Positions 1-9,777 of a stretch of DNA of 64,000 nucleotides are shown here, in pieces. The notes under the pieces were generated by a model. That model did no database searches. It saw only the letters and a program-made list of their open reading frames with translations, and was not told the origin of the DNA. The position numbers and the translations under genes were made by a program. Numbering within the stretch: position 1 is the stretch's first letter; every line of letters starts with the position of its first letter. Source of the DNA: an uncultured Gemmatimonadales bacterium (GTDB lineage: Bacteria; Gemmatimonadota; Gemmatimonadetes; Longimicrobiales; RSA9); assembly GCA_963783305.1 (NCBI GenBank), contig CAWAMW010000017.1:224001-288000 (forward strand), in the 5' to 3' direction.

Positions 1-355
1 CCTGGACCACCCGGCGCGGCTCCACCGGCTTGGCCAGGTAGCCGTCGCACCCCGCGCGCATCGCTTTCGCCCGGTCCTCCTCCAGCGCGTGGGCGGTCAG
101 CGCGATGATCGGAATCCTGGAAGTGTCATCGTGTCCTTTCAGACGAACCGTGGCTTCCCAGCCATCCATCTTCGGGATCGAGATGTCCATCAGGATGATG
201 TCCGGCTGCTCGGAGTGCGCGCGGCTCACACCCTCCTCGCCGTCCCGCGCCTCGACGACCTGGTACCCCACGTGCTCGAGGATCGTCCGGTACACCACGA
301 GGTTGTCCTCGTTGTCCTCCACCAGCAGCACCTTCTTCTTTGGCAGATCGCTCAT
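1..355 (-). CDS. Single-domain response regulator, DivK/CheY-like (3' end cut by the window edge)
   Basis: My translation: MSDLPKKKVLLVEDNEDN...PDIILMDISIPKMDGWEA...IIALTAHA...GCDGYLAKP. The ATG overlaps the stop of the upstream reductase (ATGA). Confidence 0.92.
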   Translation of the reverse strand, partial: MSDLPKKKVLLVEDNEDNLVVYRTILEHVGYQVVEARDGEEGVSRAHSEQPDIILMDISIPKMDGWEATVRLKGHDDTSRIPIIALTAHALEEDRAKAMRAGCDGYLAKPVEPRRVVQ

Positions 356-1380
356 GACGTTTCCGGCTCCTCGCGGTCCTTGAATACCTTCAGGTTCGTT
401 GAATGACCCGGGTTGACCCTGGCATTCGGATCGATGTGGTGAACCGCATGGTTCACCGCGATTGCGGCTTCGCTGAACCCCGTCGCGATCAGTTCCAGCT
501 TGCCTTCGTATGTGGCGATGTCACCCGCGGCGAAGATCCCCGGGACGTTGGTCGCCATCGTGGCGCCGACCCGCAGCGTGTTCCGCTCCAGTTCCAGCCC
601 CCACTCGGCGAGGGGACCCAGGTCGGGCTTGAAGCCGATCAGCGAGAGCACCGCGTCCACCTCGATCGTGGTATCCTCGTCCGTCCGGTTGTCGTAGATG
701 GTGACCGCCGTCACGCACTCGCCGCCATGGATCTCCCGGACCTCACGGAACGTCAGCAGGTCGACCTTGCCCGCGTCCACGGCCCCGTCCAGCTGCCGCA
801 TGGAGTGCGCATGGGCGCGGAATCCCTTCCTCCTGTGAATCAGCGTCAGCGCCTCCGTATGCTCCTGGAGCGCCAGCGCCCAGTCCACAGCGGAGTCCCC
901 ACCACCCACGATGAGGACCCTCTTCCCTTCGTAGTGGGACGGATCACGCACGTGGTACTCCACGCCCTTCCCCAACAGCGAGTCGTATCCCGGGCACTCC
1001 AGCACCCTGGGGGCGAAGGCGCCCTTTCCGGCGGCGATCAGGACGGTCCGTGACGGATACCGCCCTCCGCTGGTCCCGAGGACGAACCCCTGGTCATCGG
1101 GGACCAGATCCCTCACCTCCTCTTCCAGGTGGATCTCGGGGTCGAACTGGGTACCCTGCTCGATCAGGTTCTCGGCCAGCTCCTTGGCGGTGATCCGGGG
1201 AAATCCACCCACGTCAAAGATGTATTTCTCCGGGTAAAGCGCCATCAGCTGGCCCCCGAGTTCCGGGAGCGAGTCGATGATGCGCACGGATGCGCCCCGC
1301 ATCCCGGCATAGAAAGCGGCGAAAAGTCCTGTAGGCCCGCCCCCGATGATGTTGATGTCGCGACGATCTGCTTCGGCCAC
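352..1380 (-). CDS. TrxR-type ferredoxin--NADP+ reductase (YumC/FNR2 family)
   Basis: FAD motif IIGGGPTG, NADPH motif IVGGGDSA, GIFAAGD, LGGQLMALYPEKYIFDVGG, and C-terminal PGHST. No CxxC. GTG start at 1380 after GAGGA. Confidence 0.9.
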   Translation of the reverse strand: MAEADRRDINIIGGGPTGLFAAFYAGMRGASVRIIDSLPELGGQLMALYPEKYIFDVGGFPRITAKELAENLIEQGTQFDPEIHLEEEVRDLVPDDQGFVLGTSGGRYPSRTVLIAAGKGAFAPRVLECPGYDSLLGKGVEYHVRDPSHYEGKRVLIVGGGDSAVDWALALQEHTEALTLIHRRKGFRAHAHSMRQLDGAVDAGKVDLLTFREVREIHGGECVTAVTIYDNRTDEDTTIEVDAVLSLIGFKPDLGPLAEWGLELERNTLRVGATMATNVPGIFAAGDIATYEGKLELIATGFSEAAIAVNHAVHHIDPNARVNPGHSTNLKVFKDREEPETS

Positions 1381-1501
1381 GCTGGCTCGTCCTCTGGCAA
1401 GTTCCCTCTGGTGATGGCCCCATGGTACCCCGGCCGCCGCCCGAGGGCAACCGACCCGCACGCGCGCCGGCAGACGCAAGGTGCATTCCCGACCGTAGCG
1501 G

Positions 1502-2761
1502 TCAGTCGGCGCCCGTGTCGGCCCCCAGATACACGCTCGACGCCCGGTATCTCGCCAGCCCCACCTCGAGCAGCAGCTTCACCAGGATTGCGCCCGGGAT
1601 CGCGAGCAGAAGACCGACGAAACCCAGGAACACGCCAGCCACGGCGATGGCCAGGATCACCCACACCGGGTGCAGTCCCACCGACTCCCCCACGATCCGG
1701 GGCGCGATGATGTTCCCGTCCAGGAACTGCACGATCCCGAAGACGATGGCGATCTTGGCGAGACTCGCCAGGAAGGCGCCGCTCAGGATGGCGATGATGA
1801 GGGCGGGGACGAGGCTCACCACCAGCCCCAGATACGGGACCAGGTTGAAGACCCCGGCCACGGCGCCCACCAGCCCTGAATAGGGGAAGCCGGCGATCCA
1901 GAGACCGAGCCAGGTGAGCACCCCGACCACCGCGGCCGCCACGACCTGCCCGCGCAGGTAGCGCGACAGCAGGCGGTCGTACTCACGGCCGAACCGCATC
2001 CACCCCGCATGGCGCGGGCGCGGGATATAGCTCGTCACCCGGGTCGTGATGGCATCCCAGTCGCGGAGCAGGTAGAAGGTCAGGACGGGCGTGAGCACCA
2101 CATACCCCAGCACGGTGAAGACCGTCCCGAGTCCCCGCCCGAGCCCCAGCACCGCCTCCCACGCGCCCGCTCCGACCTCCTGCTGCTTCTCCTGGACGAA
2201 CGCCGTCACCGTGGCGGGGGAGAGAGACCGGAGTCGCTCCACGACCCCCCGCTCATCCACGAACGGCAGGTCGAGCCCGAGGATCCCCGCCTGGAGCCCT
2301 TCGATCCAGCTGGCGAGGCGCTCGACCAGCTCCGGTGAACGGGCGATCAGGCTCTGGATCTGCTCGGCGAGCGCCGGGATCCCCAGGAATATGAGCAGCC
2401 CGATGGCGACGAGCACGGGGAGCGCGAGGACGAGGATGGCCGCGGAGCGCGGCAGCCGGCGCCGCTCGAGCCGGTCCACCAGCGGGTCGAGGACGTAGGC
2501 GAGAACGACGGCCAGGATGAATGGCGCCAGGAGCGTCCCCAGGTCGGCGAGCATCCAGAGCCCCACGAGGACACTCGATGTGAGGACGATGAGACGGTGG
2601 AAGGGTGAGCCGGAGTAGGGCAGCAGCAGGACCAGCAGTGCCAGGAAGAGCACCAGGGGCGACAGGATATCCTGAAGCTGCCAGAGGAAGAGAGCGAGGA
2701 CGAGCAGCACGCCCACACCATGGACGAGACGCGCATCCCTCACCGCCGTCAGTGGCTTCAT
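1502..2761 (-). CDS. AI-2E (PerM/TqsA) family transporter
   Basis: Multi-TM protein with LAYVLDPLVDRLE, TFYLLRD, YLRGQ, NLVPYLG and PRIVGESVGLHP motifs. Confidence 0.9.
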   Translation of the reverse strand: MKPLTAVRDARLVHGVGVLLVLALFLWQLQDILSPLVLFLALLVLLLPYSGSPFHRLIVLTSSVLVGLWMLADLGTLLAPFILAVVLAYVLDPLVDRLERRRLPRSAAILVLALPVLVAIGLLIFLGIPALAEQIQSLIARSPELVERLASWIEGLQAGILGLDLPFVDERGVVERLRSLSPATVTAFVQEKQQEVGAGAWEAVLGLGRGLGTVFTVLGYVVLTPVLTFYLLRDWDAITTRVTSYIPRPRHAGWMRFGREYDRLLSRYLRGQVVAAAVVGVLTWLGLWIAGFPYSGLVGAVAGVFNLVPYLGLVVSLVPALIIAILSGAFLASLAKIAIVFGIVQFLDGNIIAPRIVGESVGLHPVWVILAIAVAGVFLGFVGLLLAIPGAILVKLLLEVGLARYRASSVYLGADTGAD

Positions 2762-2781
2762 AGCTTTGGAATGAGAGGAAG

Positions 2782-3258
2782 TTACTCGCGGGCCGCGCCG
2801 AGGACCTTTTGGCCGGCCGACTCCAGCACCGCGCGGGCGTTGTCGTAGGTCAACGTGACCAGTGCCTCCTGGAGGGGGAGCCAGATGCACTCGGTGATCC
2901 CCTCCTCCAGCTGTGGCTCCGTGCCGCTGTTCGTGGTCTCCATCAGGAAGAAATGGCAGTACTTGTGGATGAGGTCGGCGCCATCCCGGAAGAACCAGTC
3001 GATGGTCGCGAGCGCGTCACGCAGCTCCACCTCCCGGATCCCCGTCTCCTCCATCACCTCCCGGACCGCCGTTTCCTCCGCCGCCTCCCCGCGCTCCACG
3101 TGACCCTTGGGCAGACCCCAGTTCTCGTACGGGTCCCGGATGAGCAGGAAATAGACTTCCTCACCCTCGCGACGGAATACCACGCCGCCCGCGCTCGTCT
3201 CGATACGAACGGGGCGCCGTGCGCCGCGGGGCCTCCGGGAGCCGTTGCGCCTACTCAC
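2782..3258 (-). CDS. NUDIX hydrolase (Ap4A hydrolase-like)
   Basis: Nudix box GHVERGEAAEETAVREVMEETGI and SAGGVV motif. The GTG start overlaps the asd stop. Confidence 0.88.
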   Translation of the reverse strand: MSRRNGSRRPRGARRPVRIETSAGGVVFRREGEEVYFLLIRDPYENWGLPKGHVERGEAAEETAVREVMEETGIREVELRDALATIDWFFRDGADLIHKYCHFFLMETTNSGTEPQLEEGITECIWLPLQEALVTLTYDNARAVLESAGQKVLGAARE

Positions 3259-4231
3259 GCAGCACGAGGTCTGCGATCTGCACACTGTTGGTCGCTGCGC
3301 CTTTGCGCAGGTTATCCGCCACGATCCACATGTGGAGAACGTGGGACCGGTCGGGATCACTCCGCAATCGTCCGACGACGATCTCGTCCTTCCCCGCCTC
3401 TGCGAGTGGTACAGGATCGCCGCCAGTGGCGTCCATCAGACGCACGCCCGGCATGCCCCGGAGCGCCTCGGCCGCCGCCGAAACCGACAGCGAGCGCTCC
3501 GTTTCCACCGCCACGGTGATGGCGTGTCCGACTTCCACCGGTACGCGGACGCAGGTGGTCGCCACGGCCAGATCCGGTGCACTCAGGATCTTCCGCGTCT
3601 CATTCCGCATCTTCTCTTCTTCCTGCGTCCATCCGTTCTCGAGGAGCGGCCCGATCCGCGGAATCACGTTGCCATCAATGGGGCCCGGGAACGGCGATGA
3701 CTCCGGGGTCCGGCCCGCGCGTTCGGCACGATAGGCGTCGATGCCCTTCTGCCCCGCCCCGGACACCGACTGGTAGGTGCTCGCCACCACCCGCACCAGG
3801 CCGGCCGCGCGCCGGATCGCTTCCAGCGGCACCACGAGCTGGATCGTCGAGCAGTTGGGGTTGGCGATGATCCCACGGGGCCGCTCCGATGCGCGCTCCG
3901 GGTTCACCTCCGGGACCACCAGCGGGACCTCCGTGTCCATGCGCCAGGCCGACGAGTTGTCCACCACTACCGCACCCTCGGCCGCGGCCCGGGGCGCCCA
4001 CTCGCGGCTCAGCTCCGCGCCCGCGGAGAAGAGCGCCACATCGCAGCCGTCGAAGATGCCCTCCCGCGGCGAATCCACCCGCCACTCACGGCCACGGAAC
4101 ATCAGTCGGGTGCCCTTCGATCGCTCCGAGGCCAGCGGGATCAGCTCGTCCACCCCTGGCAGCCGCTCCTCCATCAGACGCAGCATGGTTCGACCCACCG
4201 CGCCCGTCGCGCCCAGCACCGCGACCTTCAT
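3251..4231 (-). CDS. asd: Aspartate-semialdehyde dehydrogenase
   Basis: [33 protein letters not shown] and [15 protein letters not shown] motifs. Confidence 0.97.
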   Translation of the reverse strand: MKVAVLGATGAVGRTMLRLMEERLPGVDELIPLASERSKGTRLMFRGREWRVDSPREGIFDGCDVALFSAGAELSREWAPRAAAEGAVVVDNSSAWRMDTEVPLVVPEVNPERASERPRGIIANPNCSTIQLVVPLEAIRRAAGLVRVVASTYQSVSGAGQKGIDAYRAERAGRTPESSPFPGPIDGNVIPRIGPLLENGWTQEEEKMRNETRKILSAPDLAVATTCVRVPVEVGHAITVAVETERSLSVSAAAEALRGMPGVRLMDATGGDPVPLAEAGKDEIVVGRLRSDPDRSHVLHMWIVADNLRKGAATNSVQIADLVLRE

Positions 4232-5466
4232 TCGCCCTCCTCGCCCAGCTCGAACGTCCGGTGGACCACGCGGATCGCCCGCTCCTCCGTCCCGGCGTCC
4301 ACCATGAGAATGATCGACACCGATGATGCCGACACCGCGTGGACCGCGACGCCCTCCTCCTGCAGCGCCTCGAACGCCCGCGCATACACCCCCGGTCGAC
4401 CGTGCATCCCGCTGCCGACCAGCGTGATGCGCGCCAGCTCATCGCTCGTATCCAGACCCCGTCCGCCCAGCTCCGTGGAGACCGCCTCGCATACCGCGAG
4501 GGCGTCCTCGAGCTGGTCCTGCCTCACGGTCAGCTCAATGTCCCGACGGCCCTCCTGCGTGTCGAGCTGCGCCAGCAGGTCCACGCTCACCCCGGCCCGA
4601 CTCAGCCGTGCCAACAGCCTCGTCATGCTCTCCATCTCGGCCGGCAGCTCGCGCAGGACCACCTGCGCGTACCCGCCTTCCGAGGCGACGCCCGTTACGA
4701 CTGGATCTTCCATGCTTCTGACTCTGGGTGCGATGAGTGTGCCTCCGGTCTCCTCCTCCGCCATGGACGAGAGGACCCGGACCGGGACGCCGAACCGCGC
4801 GGCCAGCTCCACCGCCCGAGGGTGCAGGACACGCGCGCCGGAAACCGCCAGCTCGGTCATCTCCTCATAATCCACCCGCGGGATCCGGCGAGCCTCGGGC
4901 ACCACGCGGGGATCGGCCGTGAAGACGCCATCGACATCCGTGTAGATGTCACAGCGGTCCGCCTCGAGCGCCGCCGCGAGCGCCACCGCCGTCGTGTCGG
5001 ACCCGCCGCGCCCGAGGGTCGTGATCTCCCGCTCTCGGCTCACGCCCTGGAACCCGGCTACGATGACGATCCGCCCCTCATCCAGCTCCTGCCGCACCCG
5101 CGCCGCCCGGACTTCCTCGATCCGCGCGCCCGTGTGTCGGGCATCCGTGATGATGGCGGCCTGTGAGCCGGTGAAGCTGATGGCCTCCAGCCCCGCCTCG
5201 CGAATGGCCATGGCCAGCAGCGCCATGGAGATCCGTTCCCCCGCCGTGAGCAGCATGTCCATCTCCCGCGGGTGACTGCCCACCGGGTTCGCACTCACCT
5301 GCTCGGCCAGTGCCGTCAGGTCGTCGGTGGTGCCACCCATGGCCGATACGACCACCACGAGGTCGTGGCCCTCGCGCCGGCAGCGGCACGCCCGCTCCGC
5401 CACTCGCCGGATGCGCTCCGGGTCCCCCACCGAGGTGCCGCCGTACTTCTGGACGAGGAGTGTCAA
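4228..5466 (-). CDS. lysC: Aspartate kinase
   Basis: [35 protein letters not shown] and C-terminal ACT domains. Probable TTG start at 5466. Confidence 0.95.
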   Translation of the reverse strand: MTLLVQKYGGTSVGDPERIRRVAERACRCRREGHDLVVVVSAMGGTTDDLTALAEQVSANPVGSHPREMDMLLTAGERISMALLAMAIREAGLEAISFTGSQAAIITDARHTGARIEEVRAARVRQELDEGRIVIVAGFQGVSREREITTLGRGGSDTTAVALAAALEADRCDIYTDVDGVFTADPRVVPEARRIPRVDYEEMTELAVSGARVLHPRAVELAARFGVPVRVLSSMAEEETGGTLIAPRVRSMEDPVVTGVASEGGYAQVVLRELPAEMESMTRLLARLSRAGVSVDLLAQLDTQEGRRDIELTVRQDQLEDALAVCEAVSTELGGRGLDTSDELARITLVGSGMHGRPGVYARAFEALQEEGVAVHAVSASSVSIILMVDAGTEERAIRVVHRTFELGEEGE

Positions 5467-5578
5467 GGTATCTGCATGGGTCCGGGGTCGGGTCCGCACG
5501 TCGCCGGGGCAGGACCCCGGTCCAGCGGCGGTAGCCCATGCAACTGGCGGACCGGCCCCCACTCTCCCGGGGCCCGGG

Positions 5579-6562
5579 TCAGAAAACCCGCAGATTGATG
5601 TACTTCCGGGGATTGCGCTGGAAGTCCAGGAGGAGGTCCTGGACCAGGGTGGAAGTGCGGAGGAGGTCGCCATAGAGCGCGGTGTCCTGGAGCAGCAGAC
5701 CCAGCGTCCCCTCCCCTCGCTCCAGGTCGCCCATGATCTGGCTCAGCGAGGCGAAAGAGCTGTCCGCGGACGCCACGGTGCCTCTCATCTCGCCCGAGAG
5801 TTGAGTGAGGGAGCGGCTCAGCGTGTCCATCTGGGCCGACATCCTGTGGATGTTGTCCACGATTTCCGAGAGCTCGCCCCCGGCGATGGCCCTCTCCACC
5901 TCCCCGAACGCACGTTCGGCACTCTCCGCCACCTCCTGGAAGCTGGTGGTCGTGCTCTCCAGGCCGCTCGCCAGGTTCTCCACCGTCTGACCCTGCGTCT
6001 CCATGAGGCGGGTGAGCTGCTCCGTAACCTCCTGCACGTTCTCGATCGCCGTGCGGATGTTGACCGCGGTCTCGTCCGTGAACGCGAGATCCACCCGATC
6101 GGTGATCACCGCGAGGTTCTCGGCGATGCGGTCGGCCACCGCCGTGAGGCGCGAGACGTCCGGCAGCGAGTAGCCGGGCAGCATCCCCGGCCGCGGTGAC
6201 ATGGCGTAGTTGTAGGTGGGGAACCGGGCCCGCGGAAAGATCTCCGCCTGCCAGTCACCCAGGAGGGTTTCCGGCGACAGAAGCACAACCGGATCATCCG
6301 GGAGGATCACGTCGTCCGCGATGCTGAGCCGGGCGATGACCCCGGTGGAGCGCTCGTCCAGCGCGATCTCCGTGACGGTGCCGATCGGGACGCCTCGCAG
6401 CTTCACCGCGTTCCCATCCTGGAGCTGGCCCACCTCCCGGAACCACGCCACCACCTCCTGCTTTCCGCTCCCCAGGCTCCAGTCCTGGAGCCAGAGGATG
6501 CCCCCGACCACCAGCACGATGCCAGCCATCAGCACCAGGCCAACCTTCGTCTCGTTGTTCAC
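5579..6562 (-). CDS. mlaD: MCE/MlaD family substrate-binding protein
   Basis: N-terminal TM (ETKVGLVL), MCE domain ([12 protein letters not shown]), coiled coil and terminal NPRKY motif. Confidence 0.88.
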   Translation of the reverse strand: MNNETKVGLVLMAGIVLVVGGILWLQDWSLGSGKQEVVAWFREVGQLQDGNAVKLRGVPIGTVTEIALDERSTGVIARLSIADDVILPDDPVVLLSPETLLGDWQAEIFPRARFPTYNYAMSPRPGMLPGYSLPDVSRLTAVADRIAENLAVITDRVDLAFTDETAVNIRTAIENVQEVTEQLTRLMETQGQTVENLASGLESTTTSFQEVAESAERAFGEVERAIAGGELSEIVDNIHRMSAQMDTLSRSLTQLSGEMRGTVASADSSFASLSQIMGDLERGEGTLGLLLQDTALYGDLLRTSTLVQDLLLDFQRNPRKYINLRVF

Positions 6563-7311
6563 GCCGCCGACTCCTGCATCAGATCGGGCCTTCCCTCGAT
6601 GAACCCCTTCACGATCGGGTCCTCCACCGCCTGGATCTCGGCGGGCGTGCCCACGTAGCGGATCCGCCCCCTGTACAGCATGGCGATCCGATCAGCCACC
6701 CGGAAGGCGCTGGTCATGTCATGCGTCACCACGATGCTCGTGACACCGAGCTCCTCGTCCATCTTCAGGATGAGGTGGTCGATCACCGCGGTCGTGACCG
6801 GATCCAGCCCGGTGGTGGGCTCGTCGTAGAGCAGGTATTTCGGTCGGGTCGCGATGGCGCGCGCCAGCCCCACCCGCTTCCGCTGTCCGCCGGACATCTC
6901 TCCCGGCATCCGGTCCTCGTAGCCTTCCAGCTCCACCAGCCGGAGCGAGTCCCGCACTCGATGGGCACGCTCCGCCTCATCCAGCTGCCGCATGCGCCGG
7001 AGCCCCATGGCGAGGTTCTCCGCCACCGTCATGGAGTCGAACAGGGCAGCGAACTGGAAGACGTATCCGACCCTCCGTCGGAGCTCGTACAGCTCCGGCC
7101 GCGTCAGCTCCGTCACCACCTCATCGTCCACCACGACCCGCCCCTCGTCCGGCACGAGCAGTCCGACGATGGTCTTCAGCAGCACGGACTTCCCCGCCCC
7201 CGAAGCCCCGATCACCGCCACCGTCTGGCCCTCGGGGACCTCCAGGGAGACGCCATCGAGGATCACCTTGTCCCCGAAGGCCTTCGAGACGTTCTCCAGC
7301 ACGATGCTCAC
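6559..7311 (-). CDS. mlaF: MlaF/Mkl ABC ATPase
   Basis: Walker A GASGAGKS, FQFAALFDSMTV, MSGGQRKR, YDEPTTGLDP and VTHD. The GTG start overlaps the mlaE stop. Confidence 0.92.
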   Translation of the reverse strand: MSIVLENVSKAFGDKVILDGVSLEVPEGQTVAVIGASGAGKSVLLKTIVGLLVPDEGRVVVDDEVVTELTRPELYELRRRVGYVFQFAALFDSMTVAENLAMGLRRMRQLDEAERAHRVRDSLRLVELEGYEDRMPGEMSGGQRKRVGLARAIATRPKYLLYDEPTTGLDPVTTAVIDHLILKMDEELGVTSIVVTHDMTSAFRVADRIAMLYRGRIRYVGTPAEIQAVEDPIVKGFIEGRPDLMQESAA

Positions 7312-8090
7312 AGGAGCGTCACCGCCCAGAAGGCGTCCAGCACGAGGATCAGCATGCTGGACAGCACCACCGACTGGGTCGTGGAGCGGCCCACGGCCTC
7401 CGCGCCACCCCGCGTGTGGAACCCGAAGTAACAGCCGATGGAGGTGACCGCGAACCCGAACAATGCGGCCTTGATCAGGGAGTAGGAGACATCGAATGGC
7501 ACGAAGTACATGCGGAGCCCCCGCACGAACTCCGCGGTGGACAGGTCGAGCATGTTGATGGCCGTGTACCAGCCGGTGACGAGGCCGAGGGCGTTCGCGA
7601 ACGCCACCACCACCGGGAACATGATGACGCCGGCGATAATGCGCGGGACCACGAGGTGGGAAACCGGATTGTATGCGAGGGTCTCGAGCGCATCGATCTG
7701 CTCCGTCACCCGCATGGTGCCCAGCTCGGCGGCGATGTTCGCTCCCACCCTGCCCGCCAACGCCAGGCCCGTCAACACCGGCCCGAGCTCCAGCAGCATG
7801 GTCTTCCCGACCAGGACGCCCACGAAGTACAGCGGCACGGCCCCCGTGAAGGTGTAGGAGGCCTGAAGCGCCAGCACGATGCCGGTGAAACCGGCAATGA
7901 ACAGCGCGATCGGGAGCGACGCGACCCCGACCCGGGCCATCTCCGTCAGGACCATCCGGCTCCACGTGGCCGTGTCGCCCAGACCCCGTCCCGCGCTCGC
8001 CAGGAAGCGTCCGAAGCGACCGAATCCGCCCGCCGCGCCCAGGGCCGACCGCCCCAGCCACCCGATGGGGGCACTCCATGAGCCATTCAT
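7308..8090 (-). CDS. mlaE: MlaE ABC permease
   Basis: ELGPVLTGL, AAELGTMRVTEQIDAL and GGAEAVGRSTT motifs. Confidence 0.93.
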   Translation of the reverse strand: MNGSWSAPIGWLGRSALGAAGGFGRFGRFLASAGRGLGDTATWSRMVLTEMARVGVASLPIALFIAGFTGIVLALQASYTFTGAVPLYFVGVLVGKTMLLELGPVLTGLALAGRVGANIAAELGTMRVTEQIDALETLAYNPVSHLVVPRIIAGVIMFPVVVAFANALGLVTGWYTAINMLDLSTAEFVRGLRMYFVPFDVSYSLIKAALFGFAVTSIGCYFGFHTRGGAEAVGRSTTQSVVLSSMLILVLDAFWAVTLL

Positions 8091-8136
8091 GGTCCGAACA
8101 TAGACGACGGCCTGTGCCTTGCAAAGCCTCCCGGCC

Positions 8137-9072
8137 GTGACACACGACTCATCTCGCATGCGCGTCCGACGCGGGCTCGCCATCCTGATCGGCCTGCTCT
8201 TCGCCGCCGCCCTCGTCTTCAATCTCGACGTCGTCGTGGACTGGTTCCACGGCTACGTGGATGTGGTGGCGCTCGTACCTCGCACCAACGGAGTGCGCAT
8301 CGGAGCGCCCGTCTGGGTCGCGGGCGTCGAGGTCGGGCGGGTTACCGCAATGGACTTTCAGGAGGCCGGTGGGAGGGCGGTGATCGCCCTCCACGTCCGG
8401 CTGGAAGACCGGGTCCGGGATGTCGTCCGGAAATCGAGCCGGGCCCACACCGCACGGGAGCGTTTCATCGGTGGCCCGTCGGTGCGGATCTCCGCCGGCA
8501 CCGCGGACTCCCCACCTATCCAGAGCGGCGACACGATCCTACCGCTGAACACGGTGTCGCTCGACACGCTGATCCAGCGTGGCCTGTCGTTTCCCGGGGC
8601 GCTCGACTCCCTCACCGCGACGCTGTCCGAGCTCAATCGCCTCGCCGCAGCACAGCGCGGGGGCGTAGAGACACTGCTGGACCGGGTCAGCGACGCGAGC
8701 CGCGAGGCCGCCCTCCTGGCGGCCGACTTCGAGGGTGGATCCATCGGGCAGTGGCAGCGCGACCCGCAGCGCGGACTCCGGCTGGCGGGGCTGCGCGAGC
8801 GCCTGGCTGCGCTCGGTGAAGCGACGGACGCCATGCAGCGGCGGTATCAGGACCCCGAGCTGCAGGCGGGGCTCGCGTCGGTCGCCCAGCGTGCGCAGCG
8901 CCTGGGTCAGGCGCTGGACGACCTGGAGCGTGTGGTGGCGAACGGCCGGGGGTTCGTGCCGCGTGTGGCCCGGGATTCGGCGCTGGGGGTCGCCGTCCAG
9001 GGGGTGCAGGCCCAGATCGACTCGCTGCGGAACGCCGGGCTGGGATTCGCCGCCCGTATGGTCCTGCCGTGA
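8137..9072 (+). CDS. Second MCE/MlaD-family protein, divergent from mlaE (start 8137 GTG or 8158 ATG)
   Basis: N-terminal TM, GVRIGAPVWVAGVEVGRV MCE signature and helical C-terminus. Confidence 0.82.
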   Translation: MTHDSSRMRVRRGLAILIGLLFAAALVFNLDVVVDWFHGYVDVVALVPRTNGVRIGAPVWVAGVEVGRVTAMDFQEAGGRAVIALHVRLEDRVRDVVRKSSRAHTARERFIGGPSVRISAGTADSPPIQSGDTILPLNTVSLDTLIQRGLSFPGALDSLTATLSELNRLAAAQRGGVETLLDRVSDASREAALLAADFEGGSIGQWQRDPQRGLRLAGLRERLAALGEATDAMQRRYQDPELQAGLASVAQRAQRLGQALDDLERVVANGRGFVPRVARDSALGVAVQGVQAQIDSLRNAGLGFAARMVLP

Positions 9073-9092
9073 GCCGGAGCGCCGGACCGGAA

Positions 9093-9440
9093 TCAGCCGC
9101 AGTGCTCGATGGTGAACTGGATGTCGTCGTCGCTCTGGACGCCGCCGCTTCCATTCGATGGCCCCGTCTCCACCACTACGCGCTTGACCACGCGGTCGGG
9201 GTCGGTGATGGCCACCTCGAAGAACAGGCCCTGGACTTCGCTCCGTATCTCCGTCCTGACCTGCCGCCCCGGCTCCCGCTCCGGCGCCTCGTCAGGAACG
9301 AACAGCGTCTTCGTGGACTGGCGACCCGTGGGCAGGAGGCGGCTGATCTTGACCTGCTTCAGCCAGTCGGGCTGATAGCTGATCCTGTACTCGAAGCCGC
9401 GCTGGTCCGACCCGTGGCCCTCCCGATTGTGGCGTGCCAT
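9093..9440 (-). CDS. Hypothetical protein (115 aa)
   Basis: ATG with GGAG RBS, coding-like codon usage, and an upstream TTGACA on the minus strand at 9488-9493. Confidence 0.75.
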   Translation of the reverse strand: MARHNREGHGSDQRGFEYRISYQPDWLKQVKISRLLPTGRQSTKTLFVPDEAPEREPGRQVRTEIRSEVQGLFFEVAITDPDRVVKRVVVETGPSNGSGGVQSDDDIQFTIEHCG

Positions 9441-9578
9441 AGCTCTCCGCACTGGTGGGGGAATAAAGTCCCGCGCCGCGGGGGGCATGTCAAGCAGGCC
9501 GGTCGGCCGTGGCGGGAAGGAACCGAGGGCGCGGCGGGCTCCCGGTCCATGGTGGCCGCGGAGCCCGTCCCGTTCCAC

Positions 9579-9607
9579 TTGACCCGGAGGGCGCGGGGTG
9601 GTAGTGT
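9579..9607 (+). promoter_or_regulatory. Sigma70-type promoter of rho
   Basis: TTGACC-N17-TAGTGT with an extended -10 TG. Confidence 0.6.
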
Positions 9608-9777
9608 GCGCCATTCACCCTCGGCAATTCTACCTGCCACCTGTCGGCATAACCGCGTGCGGTTCCGCCGATCGAACATCAGACCTTCTTCTTACCGATT
9701 AGCAGATATACACGTCCGGCCTCCGGCCCGGTCGTTCGGGCCCCGAGCCCCGATCGTGCCTCGCGCGAGGCCGTGAT

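Noticed and set aside
352..1380. Thioredoxin reductase trxB
   Set aside because: The redox CxxC is absent (VEYHVRD), consistent with the FNR subfamily.
6559..8145. 528-aa ORF as an extended ABC ATPase
   Set aside because: The N-terminal part is an off-frame shadow of mlaE. The real start is GTG 7311.
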